A stretch of DNA of 64,000 nucleotides from contig JBNZDD010013376.1 of assembly GCA_050575255.1 (NCBI GenBank), positions 127,318 through 191,317 on the forward strand, given 5' to 3'. The translations under genes and the position numbers were made by a program. Every line of letters begins with the position of its first letter. The first letter of the stretch is position 1. The notes under the pieces were generated by a model. It was given only the letters and a program-made list of their open reading frames with translations. It made no database searches and was not told the origin of the DNA. Source of the DNA: Harriotta raleighana (taxonomy: Eukaryota). Shown piece by piece: positions 13,410 to 25,900 of this stretch.

Positions 13410-13510
13410 CATTGGTCTCCCTGGTAACCAATGATTGATAGGAGAGTGGGACCCGCCCCCCCTGTTAGCCAGTGATTGACAGGAGAGGGACAGTGACACG
13501 CCCATTGTCT
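13410..13510 (-). promoter_or_regulatory. Inverted paralogous copy of the PBX/RFX promoter module at 15870-15950
   Basis: GTCTCCCTGGTAAC (13415-13428), TGATTGATAG (13432), a GC box and TGATTGACAG (13473). The reverse complement aligns with 15870-15948. Confidence 0.55.
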
Positions 13511-13864
13511 CCCATCACTGTGGAAGGTGTACATTGATTATTATTGCTTTTATTATTATTATTATTTTGTTTGTATTATTGCTGTTATAATAAATTGGTC
13601 ATTTTAATCTATGATTGTTGTGTCATTGCTGTGTGCAATTGGCTTCCCAAAAATACACAGTCAATTCAGTTTACAGTATATTCTGTGAAGAGCATTGAGA
13701 CGTCTAGAAGATGTGAACAGAACTAGGTAAAATGCAATGATTATTATCATTATATTATATCATACATTATTATAAACGTTTGCTGTATGAGTATTAAATT
13801 ATTATTGTTATTATTAATATTATTATCAAGCAGACACACAAACGCCCCACCCCCTCATATGGCA

Positions 13865-14690
13865 CACAAGGAGGCCATTCGGCCCACCAAGTCTCTGCCG
13901 GATGTTTCAAAACAGCAACTCAATCCCTCTCCCCATAATCTCCCCATAACCTCCCCAAATTAATGTCAACCTCTCTTTTAGAAGTTGTTATCGACTCGGC
14001 CTCCTCCACCATTTCAGGCAATGCATTCCAGATTGAACAACTCGCTGAGTGAAAAAAATTCTCCTCAACTCCCCTCTGCTTGATTTAGAAACAATTTTAA
14101 ATGTGTACCTTGGATTACTGATACACCCACCAGTGGAAACAGTTTTTCCTTGGTTACCCTACCGAATCCCCCCATGATCTTGAAAACCTCCAATAGGCCT
14201 CCTAACATTATCTGCTCCAATGAGAATAAATCCAGCCTCTCCAGCCTTTCCTCATAACTGAATTCCCTCATTCCAAGTACAATCCTGGTGAATCTCCTCT
14301 GCACCCGTTCCAATCCCTTAAAATATTTCCTATGGCCCAGCACTAATTATAACATGACGTCCCCTTGTTCTATATTCTCCCACCAGAGCAAATAGTGTTT
14401 ATAACTACCTGATCAAAACATCTATAACCTTGTGCGCTGATTCGTGTAAAATAACTTCTGAAAGTCCATATAAACCACACTTTCTTATCCTCCGTAAGAG
14501 TGACCACCTCAAAGAAAAATCAAACTAGATTAGTCAGACACTAGCTTCCCTTCACAAACACCACTCTGACTCACTTTGACAAGCTCATATCTCTCCAAAT
14601 GATCCGTCATTCTGTCTGTGCTAATGGATTCCAGTGTTTTTGTAACAAACGACATTGAGCTGTCCAGTCTGTAGGTCCTGTCGCTCCCTC
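13865..14690 (-). mobile_element. CR1 LINE fragments (RT and 3' end)
   Basis: ORF 14065-14343 'LERVQRRFTRIVLGMREFSYEERLERLDLFSLE' is the CR1 ORF2 C-terminus. Confidence 0.85.
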
Positions 14691-15869
14691 TCACCCGTCT
14701 TAACTAACACACAAACAGACAATGTTTCTCCACAAACAGTCGCCAGGGTCTGAGATCACAATCCCCCCCTGTGATGCCCTGGAGTGTCAGCCAGGAGACA
14801 TCATGGTCTGAAACCCATCCCCCGCACCCCCCCCACCCCACACACACATGCACACCATAATACCAACAGCCAATAGACAGCTCTGCCATCACAATACTCC
14901 GTTACTGCGCGACTCACCCTGGAGGAAATGTACCTCCATTTTTATGGCATTTCAAAATGACAGAAAACAACAACAACACATCACAATTGTCAGGAGGACG
15001 TCACAAGTCATAATGGAGATCTCAAAGCTGCCCACATCCAATCAAGCCCACTCACTCCAAACTGATCGGGCCTTAAGCAACTTCTGACTTTTGACTAAAA
15101 ACAGAAACAGGAGTTGGCCATTCAGCTTTTCCACCCTGCTCCTCCATTGTATGAGATTTTAGCTGATTTGTACCTCAAGTCCAATTATCCAGTTATAATT
15201 TATATCTTGGTGGAGTCTTGCAGCTCAGCAGCCGGAGCAATTGCATTACAAGCAAGAAAACTGGTTGAATTCCACCACAGGCTGCAAGCTTGGGCAAGTT
15301 TCCATCTCCACATGCCTAATAATAATCCCCCTACAAAAAAAATCAAGTAAATAATACGTAAATCATAATTAATGAAGAAATAATAATTAATGAAAAGGAA
15401 AAAAGTAATAAGAAAGAACTTAAAAAATATAGATATTACATCAAGTCATTTCAATCCATCACTGTTTGTGGGCTAATGTTGTGCACAATTGGCTGTCGTG
15501 TTTCGCCCACATATATACATATCGTCAATTCACTTTACAGTATATTCTGTGAAGCGCATTGAATACAGTACAGAATATACCATGAAATATCATGCTAGGA
15601 GGGTGATACATCATATCAATATTTTGTTATATGTGGTTAATCATGATAATAATTAGTAATAGCAATATATGATAGAATGATAACAATAATATCACAATAA
15701 TTTAATGCACAAATGTAATAATATGAAAATAATATAAGATAATAACAGTAATAAAGACAAAATATTAATATCATTGATAACAATACTAAACAACAACCTG
15801 CTCCCATACACCACCCTTCACACAGGATTATATCTGTTATTAATATGGGGTGGAGCCAGTCGGGGTATC

Positions 15870-16038
15870 TCCCTCTCCTGTCAGTCACTGGTTACCATGG
15901 AGACTGGGGGCGGTTCCTCGCCTGTCAATCATTGGTTACCATGGAGACAGAGGGCACAGGCAAAGTGCGTCATCAAACTGCGTCAGAACGTCACGTGGAC
16001 AGTATCCCGTATGGAGACAGAGACACACTCAGGAGAAG
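15870..16038 (+). promoter_or_regulatory. Putative promoter and first exon of the PRDM9-like gene
   Basis: Two tandem CTGTCA(G/A)TCA + GTTACCATGGAGAC (PBX/TALE + RFX X-box) pairs at 15878-15904 and 15922-15948. GC box at 15907; CRE/E-box motifs at 15966-15997; splice donor AG|GTGAGA after 16038. Confidence 0.55.
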
Positions 16039-16149
16039 GTGAGAGCTGCCTCTGTACAGCCTGAGATACGGGGACGCAGAGGGGCAGGGAGACAGAAGGT
16101 GAGAGACAGAGGGAGGGAAGGTGAGAGGGAGAGAATGTGAATGTATGTG

Positions 16150-16395
16150 TCCGTGACTCCCCTCTTGTCCCCGTGTGGGAGGGCCTGGTGTGAGGGTGTG
16201 TGTGTGTGTCACTGACCCCCCTTGTCCCCGTGTGGGAGGGCCTGGTGTGAGGGTGTGTGTGTGTGTCACTGACCCCCCTTGTCCCCGTGTGGGAGGGCCT
16301 GGTGTGAGGGTGTGTGTGTGTGTCACTGACCCCCCTTGTCCCCGTGTGGGAGGGCCTGGTGTGAGGGTGTGTGTGTGTGTCACTGACCCCCCTTA
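16150..16395. repeat. 57-bp minisatellite, ~4 near-perfect copies, degenerate copies continuing to ~16920
   Basis: 'actgacccccc' recurs at 16211, 16268, 16325 and 16382 (period 57). Confidence 0.95.
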
Positions 16396-16972
16396 TCTCC
16401 TTGGAGGAGGTCCTGGTGTGAGGGTGAGTGTGGCTGCTGTGTGTGTGTCTGTGGCTGCATGTGCGTGTCTCTGTTGGTGTGTGTGAGGATGAGTTTGTTT
16501 GTGTGTGTGTCACCCTGACCCCCCTCCCCCCATTTTCCCGGTGGACGGTCCTGTTGTGAGGATGAGTGTGTCTGTGTGTGTGTTCCCTACCCCGTATGTC
16601 TCCCTGTGATGAGTCCCGGTGTGAGGGTGAGTGTGGCTGCTGTGCACGTGTGGCTGTGGATGTGTGTGCATATCCATACGTGTCTGTGTGTGTGTCTCCC
16701 TGACCCCGCCTCGTGCCTCCCTGTAGTGGATCCTGATGTGAGGGTGAGTGTGGCTGTTGTGTATGTGTTGCTGTGTTTGTGTCTGTGTGTGTGTCTTGCT
16801 GACTGACCGCCCCACTCCCCTCCCACCCAACCCCCTTGGCTCCCTCTACGGGGTCCTGGTGTGAGGATGTGAGTTTGTGTGTATGTCTGTTTCTGTGTGT
16901 GTGTCTGATCCCCCACACCTTGTCTCCCTGTATCAGGTATAAGTTTGTGCTGCTAACACAAGGCAGTAGAGA

Positions 16973-17027
16973 ATGTCTGAGCAAACCCAAGCGAGCAATA
17001 TGGAATGTGCAATTACCCCAGAGAAAG
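16973..17027 (+). CDS. PRDM9-like gene, putative first coding exon ([18 protein letters not shown]); identical duplicate at 19956-20010
   Basis: ATG at 16973, upstream acceptor ccctgtatcAG (16936) and donor AAAG|GTAACC. Phase 1 fits the SSXRD exon. Confidence 0.55.
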
Positions 17028-19955
17028 GTAACCACTCAATTTATCTGTACCTTACTGTGTTTGCTTATTGATTGAATGTTCAGTCTACGTTTACTTATAA
17101 CTTGACCATACATTACTAGCATTTCGATGACGATTATGCAGTCAACTCACTTTAAAATTCTGTAAAGCACTTTGACATGTCGATATGATGTGAAAAGCGT
17201 TATATCAAATGCAAGGATTATATTTATTATTATTTGATATTTCATTTTTCACATCTTTCAGATGTACCAAAACGCTTCACAGAATATACTGTAAAGTAAA
17301 CTCATTGTTTATTTGTGGACAAAACTCGGCAACAAATTGTGCCTCGCAGTGTCCCATGAACAGCAGTGGAATGAAATGATCAATTTATTATTTTTTCTAA
17401 GCAATTATTATAACTAAATCTTCGAAGTATGTAAGTAAACTTTTGTGTGTGGCTGGACAGCTAGATAAGAAAGCACACTGGATACTAGGTTTATGAACAG
17501 TGCCATTCAGTACAAAAAGTCTGGAAGCTTTAATTAATCTCTATAAACGTGGTTTAAGCCTCAGCTAGAGGGTTGTGTTTTGATTCTGTGCACCATACTT
17601 TAGGAAGGATGTTAAGTCCTTGGAAAGGGTGCAATGGAATTTCACCAGGATGTTAGCACGATTGAGGGACTTGGGTTATGAGAAAAGTCTCGAAAGTCTA
17701 GAATTATTTTCATTGGAGCAGAGAAGTTTACGAGGAGGGTTTTTTAATGCAGCAAGTTGTTTGAATCTGGAATGAATTGCCTGAAAGGGTGTTGGGGCCA
17801 ATTTGATAACAACACGAGGTGGGTAGTTATTTGGGGTGGACAGANAAGTGCAGAATTGGATTGATGTCATCATAGTACTTTGACCTCCAAATCAGGGTGT
17901 TGTGGATTCAATCCCCTGCCCCATCTCGCCCCACATTATGGACAATGTGATTACAGGACAATGGGCTGACATTGTCTATTCCCGTTGTTCTGCCTTCAAT
18001 AGAATGTCCAGTACAGGGGATGGTAGCTCTGTTCAACAACAGCAACCAAATGCGCTCTTTGAAACCAGGAGTAATAATCCTTGCATTTGATATAGCGCTT
18101 TTCANTTGCAGGGTTATCAGGAGAAATCCAGGGAATTGGATTGATATTCAATAGTTCATTTCAAAGAACCAGCCCAGACTCAATGTCACTTTAGCTGTAA
18201 AATTCTATGATTCTGTAATTCTATTATTATCAAGCTTCTGGAGTGAGGAAACTGACAGAAATCTAACCAGGTTTCTTGTTTATAATGCGAGTGCTCTAAC
18301 AGAGCTACAGGATTTATTGGATATTGCCTTGCGGAAATGATTTGTATTGTAGGCACTATACATTTTTGCTTAATTTGTGATTCAGATAATAATATTTCAT
18401 AACCAATATCTTTATTTAGGAAGAGCAGGTCTGCCGAATGGCCTCCTTTTCTGCCGTATGATTCCAACAACGATATTCCTTGNATCAGAGAGTCAACGGG
18501 GTTAGTCAGCCCACCTACTGCTGGGGGCTCAGGAGGGCAGAGCAGGGAGTCAGAGTGTGGGGACGGAAACATGGCTCTTGATTGGAAAGACAATTAAGAG
18601 GTTTTATAGGAATTAGAGATAGACAGGAAAGTCAGGAGATTTTCATGTGGAAAATGCTGATTAACAAAAACAACAACAAAATTACATTTATAGAGCGCAT
18701 TTCACGTCAGGAGGACGTCCCAAGGCGCTGGATTAAAGATTTATTTGGTGAGTTTGGTAAATGGCCCAGGAAAGAGAGCATCGTACAATGGATTTTGACA
18801 ATTGGTTGATTCAGCTGAGAAGTTTCAAAATGTCTACCCAGTCCCACCCACGCCCAGCCATGACTCCGCACTAGGCTGGCGCTGACCAGCTGCTCTGGTC
18901 TGACCAATGTAAAGCTCAATTATGAGACATGGGTTTCTGCGGATCAAACAGAAACAATCGCTTTAGGAGTTTTAAGAATCTTGACTGGATTAGCTTTATG
19001 TTAAACACAAGTGTTTATTATTGTTACTGATGATAAGAATGTAATTTCACTGGCTGAGTTTCACCCCATTCAGGGAGGTTACTTTGCAGTTAAATGTTTG
19101 TCGCTTTTATCAGATGTGCATTCCAATGCTGAAAATTGATATTTTAAAAGTTCTACATAATACAACAACAACAACAACAAAATTACACTTATAGAGCGCG
19201 TTTCACGTCAGGAGGACGTCCCAAGGCGCTGGACAGATTGGTTCAGGACCCGAGCAAGGGAAAATGTTCAGGGCGAGGGGGGGGGAAGGGTGGGAGCAAG
19301 GAGGGGGNNNNNNNNNNCTTGTCCCCGTGTGGGAGGGCCTGGTGTGAGGGTGTGTGTGTGTGTCACTGACCCCCCTTATCTCCTTGGAGGAGGTCCTGGT
19401 GTGAGGGTGAGTGTGGCTGCTGTGTGTGTGTCTGTGGCTGCATGTGCGTGTCTCTGTTGGTGTGTGTGAGGATGAGTTTGTTTGTGTGTGTGTCACCCTG
19501 ACCCCCCTCCCCCCATTTTCCCGGTGGACGGTCCTGTTGTGAGGATGAGTGTGTCTGTGTGTGTGTTCCCTACCCCGTATGTCTCCCTGTGATGAGTCCC
19601 GGTGTGAGGGTGAGTGTGGCTGCTGTGCACGTGTGGCTGTGGATGTGTGTGCATATCCATACGTGTCTGTGTGTGTGTCTCCCTGACCCCGCCTCGTGCC
19701 TCCCTGTAGTGGATCCTGATGTGAGGGTGAGTGTGGCTGTTGTGTATGTGTTGCTGTGTTTGTGTCTGTGTGTGTGTCTTGCTGACTGACCGCCCCACTC
19801 CCCTCCCACCCAACCCCCTTGGCTCCCTCTACGGGGTCCTGGTGTGAGGATGTGAGTTTGTGTGTATGTCTGTTTCTGTGTGTGTGTCTGATCCCCCACA
19901 CCTTGTCTCCCTGTATCAGGTATAAGTTTGTGCTGCTAACACAAGGCAGTAGAGA

Positions 19956-22900
19956 ATGTCTGAGCAAACCCAAGCGAGCAATATGGAATGTGCAATTACC
20001 CCAGAGAAAGGTAACCACTCAATTTATCTGTACCTTACTGTGTTTGCTTATTGATTGAATGTTCAGTCTACGTTTACTTATAACTTGACCATACATTACT
20101 AGCATTTCGATGACGATTATGCAGTCAACTCACTTTAAAATTCTGTAAAGCACTTTGACATGTCGATATGATGTGAAAAGCGTTATATCAAATGCAAGGA
20201 TTATATTTATTATTATTTGATATTTCATTTTTCACATCTTTCAGATGTACCAAAACGCTTCACAGAATATACTGTAAAGTAAACTCATTGTTTATTTGTG
20301 GACAAAACTCGGCAACAAATTGTGCCTCGCAGTGTCCCATGAACAGCAGTGGAATGAAATGATCAATTTATTATTTTTTCTAAGCAATTATTATAACTAA
20401 ATCTTCGAAGTATGTAAGTAAACTTTTGTGTGTGGCTGGACAGCTAGATAAGAAAGCACACTGGATACTAGGTTTATGAACAGTGCCATTCAGTACAAAA
20501 AGTCTGGAAGCTTTAATTAATCTCTATAAACGTGGTTTAAGCCTCAGCTAGAGGGTTGTGTTTTGATTCTGTGCACCATACTTTAGGAAGGATGTTAAGT
20601 CCTTGGAAAGGGTGCAATGGAATTTCACCAGGATGTTAGCACGATTGAGGGACTTGGGTTATGAGAAAAGTCTCGAAAGTCTAGAATTATTTTCATTGGA
20701 GCAGAGAAGTTTACGAGGAGGGTTTTTTAATGCAGCAAGTTGTTTGAATCTGGAATGAATTGCCTGAAAGGGTGTTGGGGCCAATTTGATAACAACACGA
20801 GGTGGGTAGTTATTTGGGGTGGACAGATTTTGCAGGGTTATCAGGAGAAATCCAGGGAATTGGATTGATATTCAATAGTTCATTTCAAAGAACCAGCCCA
20901 GACTCAATGTCACTTTAGCTGTAAAATTCTATGATTCTGTAATTCTATTATTATCAAGCTTCTGGAGTGAGGAAACTGACAGAAATCTAACCAGGTTTCT
21001 TGTTTATAATGCGAGTGCTCTAACAGAGCTACAGGATTTATTGGATATTGCCTTGCGGAAATGATTTGTATTGTAGGCACTATACATTTTTGCTTAATTT
21101 GTGATTCAGATAATAATATTTCATAACCAATATCTTTATTTAGGAAGAGCAGGTCTGCCGAATGGCCTCCTTTTCTGCCGTATGATTCCAACAACGATAT
21201 TCCTTGTAATTGGTATAGCGCTTTTCAAATCTTCTAGATGTCTTAAAGTGCATTGCAGAATATACTGAATAGTGAATTGACTGTATATTTTACTGTCGAA
21301 TCATGGCAGCCAATAACAACAAACAATTTGTTTTTTTGAAGTATTATTGGCTTTGGAAATCTTATCAACCAGGTTCATATTTACTGCAATGTAAACAGAG
21401 GCTGGTGGATGAAACTTGTGTAAGGTTTTCCCCACCTGGGAATCAAGCTCGAGTTCTCTTGTGCAAGGCACTAAACAATTTGTTGAGCAACATTTACTGT
21501 CTACAAAACTCTAAAGTCTCTCAGCCTAAAACTGTTAGTGTTTTCAGTTCTCTATGTGCATCACTTTATCCAATTCTGCTCTTTTTATCAATTTACTCCA
21601 TAGGTCCCAGCACTGCAAAGGGTTTGAGGTCCCAACTCAATCAATTGACTGGAGGAGAGGCCGGGAGTAGCAGATACAATTTGAGAAAGAGGGTGACAAG
21701 AAATTACACTGTGGAAAACGATCTTCTTGATGATGATTACCTATGTATGTGAAAAATTAATCAGAGTTTCTAAGCATAAAACGGTCAAGTGCAGAATTGG
21801 ATTGATGTCATCATAGTACTTTGACCTCCAAATCAGGGTGTTGTGGATTCAATCCCCTGCCCCATCTCGCCCCACATTATGGACAATGTGATTACAGGAC
21901 AATGGGCTGACATTGTCTATTCCCGTTGTTCTGCCTTCAATAGAATGTCCAGTACAGGGGATGGTAGCTCTGTTCAACAACAGCAACCAAATGCGCTCTT
22001 TGAAACCAGGAGTAATAATCCTTGCATTTGATATAGCGCTTTTCACATCTTATCAACGTCCCAAAGCGCTTCACAGAGTATACTGTAAAGTGAATTGACT
22101 ATATTTGTGGGCGAAACGCGGCAGCCAATTGTGCACAGCAGTGTCCCACAAACAGTCATGGATTGAAATGACCAATTTTATTATTGTAGTTTTTTTTTGG
22201 AGGGATTATTATTAGGCATGTGGAGTAAGGAAACTTGCCCAAGGTTTCGCCCTGATCTCCCTGGATTCGAACACAGGCCTCATGCTTGTAAGGCATGTAA
22301 GGCGAGTGCTCTAACCACTGAGCCACAGGAGCTCCACAGGAGTAGGTGATCAGAGAGTCAACGGGGTTAGTCAGCCCACCTACTGCTGGGGGCTCAGGAG
22401 GGCAGAGCAGGGAGTCAGAGTGTGGGGACGGAAACATGGCTCTTGATTGGAAAGACAATTAAGAGGTTTTATAGGAATTAGAGATAGACAGGAAAGTCAG
22501 GAGATTTTCATGTGGAAAATGCTGATTAACAAAAACAACAACAAAATTACATTTATAGAGCGCATTTCACGTCAGGAGGACGTCCCAAGGCGCTGGATTA
22601 AAGATTTATTTGGTGAGTTTGGTAAATGGCCCAGGAAAGAGAGCATCGTACAATGGATTTTGACAATTGGTTGATTCAGCTGAGAAGTTTCAAAATGTCT
22701 ACCCAGTCCCACCCACGCCCAGCCATGACTCCGCACTAGGCTGGCGCTGACCAGCTGCTCTGGTCTGACCAATGTAAAGNGAGAAAGAGGGTGACAAGAA
22801 ATTACACTGTGGAAAACGATCTTCTTGATGATGATTACCTATGTATGTGAAAAATTAATCAGAGTTTCTAAGCATAAAACGGTCTAGTGCAGAATTGGAT

Positions 22901-25900
22901 TGATGTCATCATAGTACTTTGACCTCCAAGTCAGGGCGTTGTGGATTCAATCCCCTGCCCCATCTCGTCCCATATTGTGGACGATGTGATTACAGGACAA
23001 TGGGCTGATGTTGTCTATCACTGTTGTTCTGCCTTCGATAGAATATGCAGTACAGCGGTGGGGGATGGCAGCTCTGTTCAACAATAGCAACCAAATGCGC
23101 TCATTGAGACAAGGAGTAGGTGATCAGAGAGTCAACGGGGTTCAGCCTGCCCATTCCTGGGGGCTCAGGAGAGCAGAGCAGGGACGGAAACATAGCTCTT
23201 GATTGGAAAGACAATTAAGAGGTTTTATAGGAATTAGAGATAGACAGATAGGAAAGTCAGGAGATTTTCACGTGAAAATGCTGATTAAAGATTTATTTGG
23301 TGAGTTTGGTAAATGGCCCAGGAAGTACAGTGGATTTTGACAATTGGTTGATTCAGGTGAGAAGTTTCAACATGTCTACCTCTGCAGGTACGTCCTACCC
23401 AGTCCCACCCACTCCCAGCCATGACTCCGCACTAGGCTGGCGCTGACCAGCTGCTCTGGTCTGACCAATGTAAAGCTCAATTATGAGACATGGGTTTCTG
23501 CGGATCAAACAGAAACAATCGCTTTAGGAGTTTTAAGAATCTTGACTGGATTAGCTTTATGTTAAACACAAGTGTTTATTATTGTTACTGATGATAAGAA
23601 TGTAATTTCACTGGCTGAGTTTCACCCCATTCAGGGAGGTTACTTTGCAGTTAAATGTTTGTCGCTTTTATCAGATGTGCATTCCAATGCTGAAAATTGA
23701 TATTTTAAAAGTTCTACATAATACAACAACAACAACAACAAAATTACACTTATAGAGCGCGTTTCACGTCAGGAGGACGTCCCAAGGCGCTGGACAGATT
23801 GGTTCAGGACCCGAGCAAGGGAAAATGTTCAGGGCGAGGGGGGGGGAAGGGTGGGAGCAAGGAGGGGGNNNNNNNNNNNNNNNNNNNNNNNNNNNNNNNN
23901 NNNNNNNNNNNNNNNNNNNNNNNNNNNNNNNNNNNNNNNNNNNNNNNNNNNNNNNNNNNNNNNNNNNNNNNNNNNNNNNNNNNNNNNNNNNNNNNNNNNN
24001 NNNNNNNNNNNNNNNNNNNNNNNNNNNNNNNNNNNNNNNNNNNNNNNNNNNNNNNNNNNNNNNNNNNNNNNNNNNNNNNNNNNNNNNNNNNNNNNNNNNN
24101 NNNNNNNNNNNNNNNNNNNNNNNNNNNNNNNNNNNNNNNNNNNNNNNNNNNNNNNNNNNNNNNNNNNNNNNNNNNNNNNNNNNNNNNNNNNNNNNNNNNN
24201 NNNNNNNNNNNNNNNNNNNNNNNNNNNNNNNNNNNNNNNNNNNNNNNNNNNNNNNNNNNNNNNNNNNNNNNNNNNNNNNNNNNNNNNNNNNNNNNNNNNN
24301 NNNNNNNNNNNNNNNNNNNNNNNNNNNNNNNNNNNNNNNNNNNNNNNNNNNNNNNNNNNNNNNNNNNNNNNNNNNNNNNNNNAGGTGGTGGAAGGCAATG
24401 CCAGTTGTGGCGCGGATGTGGGGGAGAAAGGACAGCTCAGGGTCAAATAGAACACCAAGGTTCCTGACTGGCTTTGCGAGGTGGAGAGTGCAGCCTTGGA
24501 TGCTGATGCTGTCAGCACCCGAGTTGCGGAGGCGCTGACGTGAACCAATCAGGAGGGCCTCGGTTTTCCGGACATTGAGCTGAAGAAAGTTGTCTCTCGT
24601 CCAGGACTCAATGTCAGACAGGCAGGCTGTCAGGACATCAGTAGTCGTGGAGTTGAGGGTAGAGGAGGAAAGGTAGAGTTGGGTGTCATCCGCATACATG
24701 TGGAAGTTAACCCCATGTCTGCGGATGATGTCACCAAGGGGAAGCATATAGAGGGTGAAGAGGAGAGGACCGAGGAAGAGCCCTGAGGGACGCCGCACGA
24801 GACAGTGCGGGGGCTGGAGGAAAAGCCATTTGTGTGTACAAAATGAAAACGATGGGAGAAATAGCCTCGATCAGTTCAGCTATATCTTCGCCTCTAGGAT
24901 ATAGATTGCGTTATTTAGACGGATGCCGCAGTCCAGTTGCTGTGATGGGGTGGGGAGTGGAGGGTCGGGATTGGTGAGGTACGCAAAACTGCTTTGTCAG
25001 ATACCCCAAAAGTTTAGGGTGTTGTCTCTCTGTGCCCCTTCAGAACAGATGATAAAGATGCAACTGTTATAATGGATAGTGTCTTATCATGACATCCAGA
25101 CATCTTAAATTAGTTTGTAGGATTTCACTGAAGTGTAGTCAAAATAAACACACAAAAGCACTGTATAGTACTGTTCATGTTAAGAGGATATTCTAGATTC
25201 CACAGCAATGTCCTCCAAACAGCCATGAGGTAATAGTCCAAATTTACCGTGGTTGATGACAGCCAGGACACTGTGTTGAGTAGGAGAGAGAAAAACTCTC
25301 CTCTCTTTTGAAATCATTCCATGGCATCTTTAATATATCTTTAACGATTAGTGAATTCACTTCAATAATCATTCAGTCCCCTGATGGCTGTTTCTGAGAA
25401 GCTTCTGATCAAAACTGACAAGGTGATATACTGACCTGCATGAAGGGCGCTATATAAATGCAATCTATTATTGACCCTGATTTGACAGTAATTACAGTAG
25501 AGCATTGATTTGATCTGGTATTATAAAAATGCAAGAATTAATTCAAAATTAGTCGTCAAACGGCAATTGCTAACCACACTCACGTCGCAGATCATTCAGA
25601 ATTCTGCAGCTCATGTACTCTCCCGCACCAGGGTTCATGATCACATCAATCCCACTCCCGCCTGTCTCCACTGGCTCCCCATCTCCCAGAGGAATGAATT
25701 CAAGATCCTCGTCCTCATCTTCAAGGCCATTCATGGCCTTGCCTCCACCAATCTCTCTGACCTGCTGTCTTCCTATCAGCCCGCCGACATCCTACATTCA
25801 CTAGACTCATGCCTGCTCCGTATTCATCACCCTAACTGCCCAACCATCGGTGGCCGGGCTTTCAGCCTCTCTGCCCCCACACGATGGAACTCCATCCCAC

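Larger units (their letters stand above)
16320..23868. other. Duplicated/jumbled assembly segment
   Basis: 16320-17843 is identical to 19318-20827; 17845-18104 to ~21787-22045; 18106-18482 to ~20830-21206; 18484-18915 to ~22349-22779; ~18840-19307 to ~23400-23868. Junctions coincide with single N or short N runs at 17844, 18105, 18483, 19308-19317 and 22780. Confidence 0.85.

Noticed and set aside
16150-16395. Regular repeat array as a possible CRISPR
   Set aside because: Head-to-tail identical units without unique spacers, in vertebrate DNA.
15983-17035. 350-aa His/Thr-rich minus-strand ORF (and duplicate 19203-20018)
   Set aside because: It is a translation of the 57-bp/GT minisatellite; low complexity, with no protein-like features.
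22250-22336. tRNA-like sequences at SINE heads (also ~36180-36245, ~41110-41195, ~50050-50115)
   Set aside because: They have A/B boxes but no proper cloverleaf, and most run on into SINE bodies.
23764-24548. Long ORFs spanning N runs
   Set aside because: Artefacts of translating gaps; the real portion is L2 RT.
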